Assembly: GCA_964016885.1 (NCBI GenBank)
Contig: OZ024741.1
Span: 254,448,001-254,512,000, forward strand
DNA: 64,000 nt
Source of the DNA: Eledone cirrhosa
Lineage: Eukaryota
Direction of reading: 5' to 3'
Shown here: one piece after another, positions 15,471 to 31,500 of the stretch
Layout of the letters: each line of letters begins with the position of its first letter
Position numbering within the stretch: position 1 is the stretch's first letter
Notes under the pieces: model-generated
What the model was told of the DNA's origin: nothing
Databases searched by the model: none
What the model saw: only the letters and a program-made list of their open reading frames with translations
Program-made: the position numbers and the translations under genes

Positions 15471-18400
15471 GCAACAACTACAACAACACTGGCACTGACA
15501 CAGAAAACAGCAACAACTTCAACAACACTGGCACTGACAGAGAAAACAGCAACAACAACAACACTGGCACTGACACAGAAAACAGCAACAACTACAACAA
15601 CACTGGCACTGACAGAGAAAACAGCAACAACTACAACAACACTGGCACTGACAGAGAAAACAGCAACAACTACAACAACACTGGCACTGACACAGAAAAC
15701 AGCAACAACTACAACAACACTGGCACTGACAGAGAAAACAGCAACAACAACAACAACACTGGCACTGACAGAGAAAACAGCAACAACTACAACAACACTG
15801 GCACTGACAGAGAAAACACAACAACAACAACAACACTGGCACTGACAGAGAAAACAGCAACAACTACAACAACACTGGCACTGACAGAGAAAACAGCAAC
15901 AACTACAACAAAACTGGCACTGACAGAGAAAACAGCAACCAATACAACAACACTGGCACTGACAGAGAAAACAGCAACAACAACAACACTGGCACTGACA
16001 GAGAAAACAGCAACAACTACAACAACACTAGCACTGACACAGAAAACAGCAACAACTACAACAACACTGGCACTGACAGAGAAAACAGCAACAACAACAA
16101 CACTGGCACTGACACAGAAAACAGCAACAACTACAACAACACTGGCACTGACAGAGAAAACAGCAACAACTACAACAACACTGGCACTCACAGAGAAAAC
16201 AGCAACAACTACAACAACACTGGCACTGACACAGAAAACAGCAACAACACTGGCACTGACAGAGAAAACAGCAACAACAACAACACTGGCACTGACACAG
16301 AAAACAGCAACAACTACAACAACACTGGCACTGACAGAGAAAACAGCAACAACTACAACAACACTGGCACTGACAGAGAAAACAGCAACAGCAACAACAC
16401 TGGCACTGACACAGAAAACAGCAACAACAGCAACAACAACACTGGCACTGACACAGAAAACAGCAACAACAGCAACAACAACACTGGCACTGACACAGAA
16501 AACAGCAACAACAACAACACTGGCACTGACAGAGTAAACAGCAACAACAACAACACTGGCACTGACAGAGAAAACAGCAACAACAACAACACTGGCACTG
16601 ACACAGAAAACAGCAACAACAACAGTGGCACTGACACAGAAAACAGCAACAACTACAACAACACTGGCACTGACAGAGAAAACAGCAACAACAACAACAC
16701 TGTCACTGATACAGAAAACAGAAACAACTACAACAACACTGGCACTGACAGAGAAAGCAGCAACAACTACAACAAAACTGGCACTGACAGAGAAAACAGC
16801 AACAGCAACAACACTGGCACTGACACAGAAAACAGCAACAACTACAACAACACTGGCACTGACAGAGAAAACAGCAACAACTACAACAACACTGGCACTG
16901 ACAGAGAAAACAGCCACAACTACAACAACACTGGCACTGACACAGAAAACAGCAACAACTACAACAACACTGGCACTGACACAGAAAACAGCAACAACAA
17001 CACTGGCACTGATAGAGAAAACAGCAAAAACAACAACACTGGCACTGACAGAGAAAACAGCAACAGCAACAACACTGGCACTGACACAGAAAACAGCAAC
17101 AACTACAACAACACTGGCACTGACAGAGAAAACAGCAACAACTACAACAACACTGGCACTGACAGAGAAAACAGCAACAACTACAACAACACTGGCACTG
17201 ACACAGAAAACAGCAACAACTACAACAACACTGGCACTGACACAGAAAACAGCAACAACAACACTGGCACTGATAGAGAAAACAGCAACAACAACAACAC
17301 TGGCACTGACAGAGAAAACAGCAACAACAACAACACCGGCACTGACACAAAAAACAGCAACAACTACAACAACACTGGCACGGAAAACAGCAACAACAGC
17401 AACAACAACACTGGCACTGACACAGAAAACAGCAACAACAGCAACAACACTGGCACTGACACAGAAAACAGCAACAACAGCAACAACCGTGGCACTGACA
17501 CAGAAAACAGCAACAACAGCAACAATAACACAGGCACTGGCACAGAAAACAGCAACAGCAACACTGGAACTGACACAGAAAACAGCAACAGTAACAACAA
17601 CAACTCTGGCACTGACACAGAAAACAGCAACAACAACACTGGCACTGACAGTGAAAATAGCAACAGCAACAACACTGGCACTGACAGTGAAAATATCAAC
17701 AGCAACAACACTGGCACTGAGAGAGAAAACAGCAACAACAACAACACTGGCACTGACACAGAAAACAGCAACAACAACAACACTGGCACTGACAGAGAAA
17801 ACAGCAACAACTACAACACTGGCACTGACAGAGAAAGCAGCAACAACAACAACAACACTGGCACTGACAGAGAAAACAGCAACAACTACAACCACACTGG
17901 CACTGACACAGAAAACAACAACAACTACAACAACACTGGCACTGACAGAGAAAACAGCAACAACTACAACAACACTGGCACTGACAGAGAAAACAGCAAC
18001 AACAACAACGCTGGCACTGACACAGAAAACAGCAACAACTACAACAACACTGGCACTGACAGAGAAAACAGCAACAACTACAACAACACTGGCACTGACA
18101 GAGAAAACAGCAACAACTACAACAACACTGGCACTGACAGAGAAAACAGCAACAGCAACAACACTGGCACTGACACAGAAACAGCAACAACAGCAACAAC
18201 AACACTGGCACTGACACAGAAAACAGCAACAACAGCAACAACAACACTGGCACTGACACAGAAAACAGCAACAACAACAACACTGGCACTGACAGAGAAA
18301 ACAGCAACAACAACACTGGCACTGACAGAGAAAACAGCAACAACAACAACACTGGCACTGACACAGAAAACAGCAACAACAACAGTGGCACTGACACAGA

Positions 18401-21400
18401 AAACAGCAACAACTACAACAACACTGGCACTGACAGAGAAAACAACAACAACAACAACACTGGCACTGATACAGAAAACAGAAACAACTACAACAACACT
18501 GGCACTGACAGAGAAAGCAGCAACAACTACAACAACACTGGCACTGACAGAGAAAACAGCAACAGCAACAACACTGGCACTGACACAGAAAACAGCAACA
18601 ACTACAACAACACTGGCACTGACAGAGAAAACAGCAACAACTACAACAACACTGGCACTGACAGAGAAAACAGCAACAACTACAACAACACTGGCACTGA
18701 TACAGAAAACAGCAACAACTACAACAACACTGGCACTGACACAGAAAACAGCAACAACAACAACACTGGCACTGATAGAGAAAACAGCAACAACAACAAC
18801 ACTGGCACTGACAGAGAAAACAGCAACAACAACAACACCGGCACTGACACAGAAAACAGCAACAACTACAACAACACTGGCACGGAAAACAGCAACAACA
18901 ACACTGGCACTGACACAGAAAACAGCAACAACAGCAACAACACTGGCACTGACACAGAAAACAGCAACAACCGTGGCACTGACACAGAAAACAGCAACAA
19001 CAGCAACAATAACACTGGCACTGGCACAGAAAACAGCAACAGCAACACTGGAACTGACACAGAAAACAGCAACAGTAACAACAACAACACTGGCACTGAC
19101 AGAGAAAACAGCAACAACTACAACACTGGCACTGACAGTGGAAATAGCAACAGCAACAACACTGGCACTGACAGTGAAAATAGCAACAGCAACAACACTG
19201 GCACTGACAGAGAAAACAGCAACAACAACAACACTGGCACTGACAGAGAAAACAGCAACAACTACAACACTGGCACTGACAGAGAAAGCAGCAACAACAA
19301 CAACACTGGCACTGACACAGAAAACAACAACAACTACAACAACACTGGCACTGACAGAGAAAACAGCAACAACTACAACAACACTGACACTGACAGAGAA
19401 AACAACAACAACAGCGACAACACTGGCACTGACACAGAAAACAGCAACAACTACAACAACACTGGCACTGGCAGAGAAAACAGCAACAACTACAACAACA
19501 CTGGCACTGACACAGAAAACAGCAACAACTTCAACAACACTGGCACTGACAGAGAAAACTGCAACAACAACAACACTGGCACTGACACAGAAAACAGCAA
19601 CAACTACAACAACACTGGCACTGACAGAGAAAACAGCAACAACTACAACAACACTGGCACTGACAGAGAAAACAGCAACAACTACAACAACACTGGCACT
19701 GACACAGAAAACAGCAACAACAACAACACTGGCACTGACACAGAAAACAGCAACAACTACAACAACACTGGCACTGACAGAGAAAACAGCAACAACAACA
19801 ACAACACTGGCACTGACAGAGAAAACAGCAACAACTACAACAACACTGGCACTGACAGAGAAAACACAACAACAACAACAACACTGGCACTGACAGAGAA
19901 AACAGCAACAACTACAACAAAACTGGCACTGACAGAGAAAACAGCAACAACTACAACAACACTGGCACTGACAGAGAAAACAGCAACAACAACAACACTG
20001 GCACTGACAGAGAAAACAGCAACAACTACAACAACACGGCACTGACACAGAAAACAGCAACAACTACAACAACACTGGCACTGACAGAGAAAACAGCAAC
20101 AACAACAACACTGGCACTGACACAGAAAACAGCAACAACTACAACAACACTGGCACTGACAGAGAAAACAGCAACAACTACAACAACACTGGCACTCACA
20201 GAGAAAACAGCAACAACTACAACAACACTGGCACTGACACAGAAAACAGCAACAACACTGGCACTGACAGAGAAAACAGCAACAACAACAACACTGGCAC
20301 TGACACAGAAAACAGCAACAACTACAACAACACTGGCACTGACAGAGAAAACAGCAACAACTACAACAACACTGGCACTGACAGAGAAAACAGCAACAGC
20401 AACAACACTGGCACTGACACAGAAAACAGCAACAACAGCAACAACAACACTGGCACTGACACAGAAAACAGCAACAACAGCAACAACAACACTGGCACTG
20501 ACACAGAAAACAGCAACAACAACAACACTGGCACTGACAGAGTAAACAGCAACAACAACACTGGCACTGACAGAGAAAACAGCAACAACAACAACACTGG
20601 CACTGACACAGAAAACAGCAACAACAACAGTGGCACTGACACAGAAAACAGCAACAACTACAACAACACTGGCACTGACAGAGAAAACAGCAACAACAAC
20701 AACACTGTCACTGATACAGAAAACAGAAACAACTACAACAACACTGGCACTGACAGAGAAAGCAGCAACAACTACAACAAAACTGGCACTGACAGAGAAA
20801 ACAGCAACAGCAACAACACTGGCACTGACACAGAAAACAGCAACAACTACAACAACACTGGCACTGACAGAGAAAACAGCAACAACTACAACAACACTGG
20901 CACTGACAGAGAAAACAGCCACAACTACAACAACACTGGCACTGACACAGAAAACAGCAACAACTACAACAACACTGGCACTGACACAGAAAACAGCAAC
21001 AACAACACTGGCACTGATAGAGAAAACAGCAAAAACAACAACACTGGCACTGACAGAGAAAACAGCAACAGCAACAACACTGGCACTGACACAGAAAACA
21101 GCAACAACTACAACAACACTGGCACTGACAGAGAAAACAGCAACAACTACAACAACACTGGCACTGACAGAGAAAACAGCAACAACTACAACAACACTGG
21201 CACTGACACAGAAAACAGCAACAACTACAACAACACTGGCACTGACACAGAAAACAGCAACAACAACACTGGCACTGATAGAGAAAACAGCAACAACAAC
21301 AACACTTGCACTGACAGAGAAAACAGCAACAACAACAACACCGGCACTGACACAAAAAACAGCAACAACTACAACAACACTGGCACGGAAAACAGCAACA

Positions 21401-21950
21401 ACAGCAACAACAACACTGGCACTGACACAGAAAACAGCAACAACAGCAACAACACTGGCACTGACACAGAAAACAGCAACAACAGCAACAACCGTGGCAC
21501 TGACACAGAAAACAGCAACAACAGCAACAATAACACAGGCACTGGCACAGAAAACAGCAACAGCAACACCGGAACTGACACAGAAAACAGCAACAGTAAC
21601 AACAACAACTCTGGCACTGACACAGAAAACAGCAACAACAACACTGGCACTGACAGTGAAAATAGCAACAGCAACAACACTGGCACTGACAGTGAAAATA
21701 TCAACAGCAACAACACTGGCACTGAGAGAGAAAACAGCAACAACAACAACACTGGCACTGACACAGAAAACAGCAACAACAACAACACTGGCACTGACAG
21801 AGAAAACAGCAACAACTACAACACTGGCACTGACAGAGAAAGCAGCAACAACAACAACAACACTGGCACTGACAGAGAAAACAGCAACAACTACAACCAC
21901 ACTGGCACTGACACAGAAAACAACAACAACTACAACAACACTGGCACTGA
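13900..21950 (+). repeat. Tandem block duplication of about 4.0 kb (about 13.9-17.95 kb and 17.95-21.95 kb)
   Basis: ORF pairs 14322/18385 (offset 4063) and 16625/20630, 16703/20708, 17364/21369 (offset 4005). Shared rare variants include GCCACA, GCAAAAACA, CTGAGAGAG and ACAACCACA. Confidence 0.8.
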
Positions 21951-24900
21951 CAGAGAAAAGAGCAACTACAACAACACTGGCACTGACAGAGAAAACAGCA
22001 ACAACAGCAACAACACTGGCACTGACACAGAAAACAGCAACAACTACAACAACACTGGCACTGGCAGAGAAAACAGCAACAACTACAACAACACTGGCAC
22101 TGACAGAGAAAACAGCAACAACAGCAACAACACTGGCACTGACACAGAAAACAGCAACAACTACAACAACACTGGCACTGACACAGAAAACAGCAACAAC
22201 TTCAACAACACTGGCACTGACAGAGAAAACAGCAACAACAACAACACTGGCACTGACACAGAAAACAGCAACAACTACAACAACACTGGCACTGACAGAG
22301 AAAACAGCAACAACTACAACAACATTGGCACTGACAGAGAAAACAGCAACAACTACAACAACACTGGCACTGACACAGAAAACAGCAACAACTACAACAA
22401 CACTGGCACTGACACAGAAAACAGCAACAACAACAACAACACTGGCACTGACACAGAAAACAGCAACAACAACAACACTGGCACTGACAGTGAAAATAGC
22501 AACAACAACAACACTGGCACTGACAGAGAAAACAGCAACAACAACAACACTGGCACTGACACAGAAAACAGCAACAACAACAACAACACTGGCACTGACA
22601 CAGAAAACAGCAACAACTACAACAACACTGGCACTGACAGAGAAACCAGCAACAACTACATCACTGGCACTGACAAGGAAAACAGCAACCACAACAACAC
22701 CGGCAGTGACAGAGAAAACAGCAACAACTACAACACTGGCACTGACAGAGAAAACACAACAACAACAACAACACTGGCACTGACAGAGAAAACAGCAACA
22801 ACTACAACAACACTGGCACTGACAGAGAAAACAGCAACAACAACAACACTGGCACTGACACAGAAAACAGCAACAACTACAACAACACTGGCACTGACAG
22901 AGAAAACAGCAACAACTACAACAACACTGGCACTGACAGAGAAAACAGCAACAACAACAACACTGGCACTGACAGAGAAAACAGCAACAACAACAACACT
23001 GGCACTGACAGAGAAAACAGCAACAACAACAACACCGGCACTGACACAGAAAACAGCAACAACTACAACAACACTGGCACTGACAGAGAAAACAGCAACA
23101 ACTACAACAACACTGGAACTGACAGAGAAAACAGCAACAACAACAACACTGGCACTGACACAGAAAACAGCAACAACTACAACACTGGCACTGACAGAGA
23201 AAACAGCAACAACTACAACAACACTGGCACTGACAGAGAAAACAGCAACAGCAACAACACTGGCACGGACACAGAAAACAGCAACAACAGCAACAACAAC
23301 ACTGGCACTGACACAGAAAACAGCAACAACAGCAATAACAATGGCACTGACACAGAAACAGCAACAACAACAACACTGGCACTGACAGAGAAAACAGCAA
23401 CAACAACAACACTGGCACTGACACAGAAAACAGCAACAACAACAGTGGCACTGACACAGAAAACAGCAACAACTACAACAACACTGGCACTGACAGAGAA
23501 AACAGCAACAACAACAACACTGGCACTGACACAGAAAACAGCAACAACTACAACAACACTGGCACTGACAGAGAAAACAGCAACAACTACAACAACACTG
23601 GCACTGACAGAGAAAACAGCAACAACTACAACAACACTGGCACTGACACAGAAAACAGCAACAACTGCAACAACACTGGCACTGACACAGAAAACAGCAA
23701 CAACAACAACACTGGCACTGACAGAGAAAACAGCAACAACAACAACACTGCCACTGACACAGAAAACAGCAACAACAGCAACAACACTGGCACTGACACA
23801 GAAAACAGCAACAACTACAACAACACTGGCACTGACAGAGAAAACAGCAACAACTACAACAACCCTGGCACTGACAGAGAAAACAGCAACAACTACAACA
23901 ACACTGGCACTGACAGAGAAAACAGCAACAACAACAACGCTGGCACTGACACAGAAAACAGCAACAACTACAACAACACTGGCACTGACAGAGAAAACAG
24001 CAACAACTACAACAACACTGGCACTGACAGAGAAAACAGCAACAACTACAACAACACTGGCACAGACAGAGAAAACAGCAACAGCAACAACACTGGCACT
24101 GACACAGAAAACAGCAACAACAGCAACAACAACACTGGCACTGACACAGAAAACAGCAACAGCAACAACAACACAGGCACTGACACAGAAAACAGCAACA
24201 ATAACAACACTGGCACTGACAGAGAAAACAGCAACAACTACAACAACACTGGCACTGACAGAGAAAACAGCAACAACTACAACAACACTGGCACTGACAC
24301 AGAAAACAGCAACAACAACAACACTGGCACTGACACAGAAAACAGCAACAACTACAACAACACTGGCACTGACAGAAAAAACAGCAACAACAACAACAAC
24401 ACTGGCACTGACAGAGAAAACAGCAACAACTACAACAACACTGGCACTGACAGAGAAAACACAACAACAACAACAACACTGGCACTGACAGAGAAAACAG
24501 CAACAACTACAACAACACTGGCACTGACACAGAAAACAGCAACAACTACAACAAAACTGGCACTGACAGAGAAAACAGCAACAACTACAACAACACTGGC
24601 ACTGACAGAGAAAACAGCAACAACAACAACACTGGCACTGACACAGAAAACAGCAACAACTACAACAACACTGGCACTGGCAGAGAAAACAGCAACAACT
24701 ACAACAACACTGGCACTCACAGAGAAAACAGCAACAACTACAACAACACTGGCACTGACAGAGAAAACAGCAACAACAACAACACTGGCACTGACACAGA
24801 AAACAGCAACAACTACAACAACACTGGCACTGACAGAGAAAACAGCAACAACTACAACAACACTGGCACTCACAGAGAAAACAGCAACAACTACAACAAC

Positions 24901-27900
24901 ACTGGCACTGACACAGAAAACAGCAACAACTACAACAACACTTGCACTGACAGAGAAAACAGCAACAACTACAACAACACTGGCACTGACACAGAAAACA
25001 GCAACAACTACAACAACACTGGCACTGACAGAGAAAACAGCAACAACAACAACACTGGCACTGACACAGAAAACAGCAACAACTACAACAACACTGGCAC
25101 TGACAGAGAAAACAGCAACAACTACAACAACACTGGCACTGACAGAGAAAACAGCAACAGCAACAACACTGGCACTGACACAGAAAACAGCAACAACAGC
25201 AACAACAACACTGGCACTGACACAGAAAAAAGCAACAACAGCAACAACACTGGCACTGACACAGAAAACAGCAACAACAACAACACTGGCACTGACAGAG
25301 TAAACAGCAACAACAACACTGGCACTGACAGAGAAAACAGCAACAACAACAACACTGGCACTGACACAGAAAACAGCAACAACAACAGTGGCACTGACAC
25401 AGAAAACAGCAACAACTACAACAACACTGGCACTGACAGAGAAAACAGCAACAACAACAACACTGTCACTGATACAGAAAACAGAAACAACTACAACAAC
25501 ACTGGCACTGACAGAGAAAGCAGCAACAACTACAACAAAACTGGCACTGACAGAGAAAACAGCAACAGCAACAACACTGGCACTGACACAGAAAACAGCA
25601 ACAACTACAACAACACTGGCACTGACAGAGAAAACAGCAACAACTACAACAACACTGGCACTGACAGAGAAAACAGCCACAACTACAACAACACTGGCAC
25701 TGACACAGAAAACAGCAACAACTACAACAACACTGGCACTGACACAGAAAACAGCAACAACAACACTGGCACTGATAGAGAAAACAGCAAAAACAACAAC
25801 ACTGGCACTGACAGAGAAAACAGCAACAACAACAACACCGGCACTGACACAAAAAACAGCAACAACTACAACAACACTGGCACGGAAAACAGCAACAACA
25901 TCAACAACAACACTGGCACTGACACAGAAAACAGCAACAACAGCAACAACACTGGCACTGACACAGAAAACAGCAACAACAGCAACAACCGTGGCACTGA
26001 CACAGAAAACAGCAACAACAGCAACAATAACACAGGCACTGGCACAGAAAACAGCAACAGCAACACTGGAACTGACACAGAAAACAGCAACAGTAACAAC
26101 AACAACTCTGGCACTGGCACAGAAAACAGCAACAACAACACTGGCACTGACAGTGAAAATAGCAACAGCAACAACACTGGCACTGACAGTGAAAATATCA
26201 ACAGCAACAACACTGGCACTGACAGAGAAAACAGCAACAACAACAACACTGGCACTGACACAGAAAACAGCAACAACAACAACACTGGCACTGACAGAGA
26301 AAACAGCAACAACTACAACACTGGCACTGACAGAGAAAGCAGCAACAACAACAACAACACTGGCACTGACAGAGAAAACAGCAACAAATACAACAACACT
26401 GGCACTGACACAGAAAACAACAACAACTACAACAACACTGGCACTGACAGAGAAAACAGCAACAACAACAACAACACTGGCACTGACAGAGAAAACAGCA
26501 ACAACAGCAACAACACTGGCACTGACACAGAAAACAGCAACAACTACAACAACACTGGCACTGACACAGAAAACAGCAACAACTTCAACAACACTGGCAC
26601 TGACAGAGAAAACAGCAACAACAACAACACTGGCACTGACACAGAAAACAGCAACAACTACAACAACACTGGCACTGACAGAGAAAACAGCAACAACTAC
26701 AACAACATTGGCACTGACAGAGAAAACAGCAACAACTACAACAACACTGGCACTGACACAGAAAACAGCAACAACTACAACAACACTGGCACTGACACAG
26801 AAAACAGCAACAACAACAACAACACTGGCACTGACACAGAAAACAGCAACAACAACAACACTGGCACTGACAGTGAAAATAGCAACATCAACAACACTGG
26901 CACTGACAGAGAAAACAGCAACAACAACAACACTGGCACTGACACAGAAAACAGCAACAACAACAACAACACTGGCACTGACACAGAAAACAGCAACAAC
27001 TACAACAACACTGGCACTGACAGAGAAACCAGCAACAACTACATCACTGGCACTGACAAGGAAAACAGCAACCACAACAACACCGGCAGTGACAGAGAAA
27101 ACAGCAACAACTACAACACTGGCACTGACAGAGAAAACACAACAACAACAACAACACTGGCACTGACAGAGAAAACAGCAACAACTACAACAACACTGGC
27201 ACTGACAGAGAAAACAGCAACAACAACAACACTGGCACTGACACAGAAAACAGCAACAACTACAACAACACTGGCACTGACAGAGAAAACAGCAACAACT
27301 ACAACAACACTGGCACTGACAGAGAAAACAGCAACAACAACAACACTGGCACTGACAGAGAAAACAGCAACAACAACAACACTGGCACTGACAGAGAAAA
27401 CAGCAACAACAACAACACCGGCACTGACACAGAAAACAGCAACAACTACAACAACACTGGCACTGACAGAGAAAACAGCAACAACTACAACAACACTGGA
27501 ACTGACAGAGAAAACAGCAACAACAACAACACTGGCACTGACACAGAAAACAGCAACAACTACAACACTGGCACTGACAGAGAAAACAGCAACAACTACA
27601 ACAACACTGGCACTGACAGAGAAAACAGCAACAGCAACAACACTGGCACGGACACAGAAAACAGCAACAACAGCAACAACAACACTGGCACTGACACAGA
27701 AAACAGCAACAACAGCAATAACAATGGCACTGACACAGAAACAGCAACAACAACAACACTGGCACTGACAGAGAAAACAGCAACAACAACAACACTGGCA
27801 CTGACACAGAAAACAGCAACAACAACAGTGGCACTGACACAGAAAACAGCAACAACTACAACAACACTGGCACTGACAGAGAAAACAGCAACAACAACAA

Positions 27901-28550
27901 CACTGGCACTGACACAGAAAACAGCAACAACTACAACAACACTGGCACTGACAGAGAAAACAGCAACAACTACAACAACACTGGCACTGACAGAGAAAAC
28001 AGCAACAACTACAACAACACTGGCACTGACACAGAAAACAGCAACAACTGCAACAACACTGGCACTGACACAGAAAACAGCAACAACAACAACACTGGCA
28101 CTGACAGAGAAAACAGCAACAACAACAACACTGCCACTGACACAGAAAACAGCAACAACAGCAACAACACTGGCACTGACACAGAAAACAGCAACAACTA
28201 CAACAACACTGGCACTGACAGAGAAAACAGCAACAACTACAACAACCCTGGCACTGACAGAGAAAACAGCAACAACTACAACAACACTGGCACTGACAGA
28301 GAAAACAGCAACAACAACAACGCTGGCACTGACACAGAAAACAGCAACAACTACAACAACACTGGCACTGACAGAGAAAACAGCAACAACTACAACAACA
28401 CTGGCACTGACAGAGAAAACAGCAACAACTACAACAACACTGGCACAGACAGAGAAAACAGCAACAGCAACAACACTGGCACTGACACAGAAAACAGCAA
28501 CAACAGCAACAACAACACTGGCACTGACACATAAAACAGCAACAGCAACA
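20300..28550 (+). repeat. Tandem block duplication of about 4.4-4.8 kb (about 20.3-24.15 kb matches about 25.1-28.55 kb)
   Basis: Private variants are offset by 4383 bp: ACAAGGAAA (~22675/27058), GGCACGGACAC (~23265/27648), CTGCCACTG (~23750/28133) and GCACAGACAG (~24061/28444). Upstream offsets of 4758 and 4497 bp imply internal 261-bp and 114-bp indels made of whole monomers. Confidence 0.87.
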
Positions 28551-31500
28551 ACAACACTGGCACTGACACAGAAAACAGCAACAATAACAACACTGGCACT
28601 GACAGAGAATACAGCAACAACAACACTGGCACTGACAGAGAAAACAGCAACAACAACAACACTGGCACTGACACAGAAAACAGCAACAACTACAACAACA
28701 CTGGCACGGAAAACAGCAACAACAGCAACAACAACACTGGCACTGACACAGAAAACAGCAACAACAACAGTGGCACTGACACAGAAAACAGCAACAACTA
28801 CAACAACACTGGCACTGACAGAGAAAACAACAACAACAACAACACTGGCACTGATACAGAAAACAGAAACAACTACAACAACACTGGCACTGACAGAGAA
28901 AGCAGCAACAACTACAACAACACTGGCACTGACAGAGAAAACAGCAACAGCAACAACACTGGCACTGACACAGAAAACAGTAACAACTACAACAACACTG
29001 GCACTGACAGAGAAAACAGCAACAACTACAACAACACTGGCACTGACAGAGAAAACAGCAACAACTACAACAACACTGGCACTGACACAGAAAACAGCAA
29101 CAACTACAACAACACTGGCACTGACACAGAAAACAGCAACAACTACAACAACACTGGCACTGACACAGAAAACAGCAACAACAACAACACTGGCACTGAT
29201 AGAGAAAACAGCAACAACAACAACACTGGCACTGACAGAGAAAACAGCAACAACAACAACACCGGCACTGACACAGAAAACAGCAACAACTACAACAACA
29301 CTGGCACGGAAAACAGCAACAACAGCAACAACAACACTGGCACTGACACAGAAAACAGCAACAACAGCAACAACACTGGCACTGACACAGAAAACAGCAA
29401 CAACCGTGGCACTGACACAGAAAACAGCAACAACAGCAACAATAACACTGGCACTGGCACAGAAAACAGCAACAGCAACACTGGAACTGACACAGAAAAC
29501 AGCAACAGTAACAACAACAACACTGGCACTGACACAGAAAACAGCAACAACAACAACACTGGCACTGACAGTGAAAATAGCAACAGCAACAACACTGGCA
29601 CTGACAGTGAAAATAGCAACAGCAACAACACTGGCACTGACAGAGAAACCAGCAACAACTACATCACTGGCACTGACAGAGAAAACAGCAACAACAACAA
29701 CACTGGCAGTGACAGAGAAAACAGCAACAACTACAACACTGGCACTGACAGAGAAAGCAGCAACAACAACAACAACACTGGCACTGACACAGAAAACAAC
29801 AACAACTACAACAACACTGGCACTGACAGAGAAAACAGCAACAACTACAACAACACTGACACTGACAGAGAAAACAACAACAACAGCGACAACACTGGCA
29901 TTGACACAGAAAACAGCAACAACTACAACTACACTGGCACTGGCAGAGAAAACAGCAACAACTACAACAACACTGGCACTGACAGAGAAAACAGCAACAA
30001 CTACAACAACACTGGCACTGACACAGAAAACAGCAACAACTTCAACAACACTGGCACTGACAGAGAAAACAGCAACAACAACAACACTGGCACTGACACA
30101 GAAAACAGCAACAACTACAACAACACTGGCACTGACAGAGAAAACAGCAACAACTACAACAACACTGGCACTGACAGAGAAAACAGCAACAACTACAACA
30201 ACACTGGCACTGACACAGAAAACAGCAACAACAACAACACTGGCACTGACACAGAAAACAGCAACAACTACAACAACACTGGCACTGACAGAGAAAACAG
30301 CAACAACAACAACAACACTGGCACTGACAGAGAAAACAGCAACAACTACAACAACACTGGCACTGACAGAGAAAACAGCAACAACTACAACAACACTGGC
30401 ACTGACACAGAAAACAGCAACAACTACAACAGTGGCACTGAGAGAGAAAACAGCAACAACAACAACACTGGCACTGACAGAGAAAACAGCAACAACAACA
30501 ACACTGGCACTGACAGAGAAAACAGCAACAACAACAACATCGGCACTGACACAGAAAACAGCAACAACTACAACAACACTGGCACTGACAGAGAAAACAG
30601 CAACAACTACAACAACACTGGCACTGACAGAGAAAACAGCAACAACAACAACACTGGCACTGACAGAGAAAACAGCAACAACAACAGTGGCACTGACACA
30701 GAAAACAGCAACAACAGCAACAATAACACTGGCACTGAAAACAGCAACAGCAACAACAACAACAACACTGGAACTGACACAGAAAACAGCAACAGTAACA
30801 ACAACAACACTGGCACTGACACAGAAAACAGCAACAGCAAGAACACTGGCACTGACACAGAAAACAGCAACAACTACAACAACACTGGCACGGAAAACAG
30901 CAACAACAGCAACAACAACACTGGCACTGACACAGAAAACAGCAACAACAGCAACAACAACACTGGCACTGACACAGAAAACAGCAACAACAGCAACAAC
31001 AGTGGCACTGACACAGAAAACAGCAACAACAGCAACAATAACATTGGCACTGGCACAGAAACAGCAACAGTAACAACAACAACACTGGCACTGACACAGA
31101 AAACAGCAACAGTAACAACAACAACACTGGCACTGACACAGAAAACAGCAACAACAACAACACTGGCACTGACACAGAAAACAGCAACAACAACAACACT
31201 GGCACTGACAGTGAAAATAGCAACAACAACAACACTGGCACTGACAGAGAAAACAGCAACAACAACAACAACACTGGCACTGACAGAGAAAACAGCAACA
31301 ACTACAACACTGGCACTGACAGAGAAAACAGCAACAACAACAACACTGGCACTGACACAGAAAACAGCAACAACTACAACAACACTGGCACTGACAGAGA
31401 AAACAGCAACAACTACAACAACACTGGCACTCACAGAGAAAACAGCAACAACTACAACAACACTGGCACTGACACAGAAAACAGCAACAACTACAACAAC

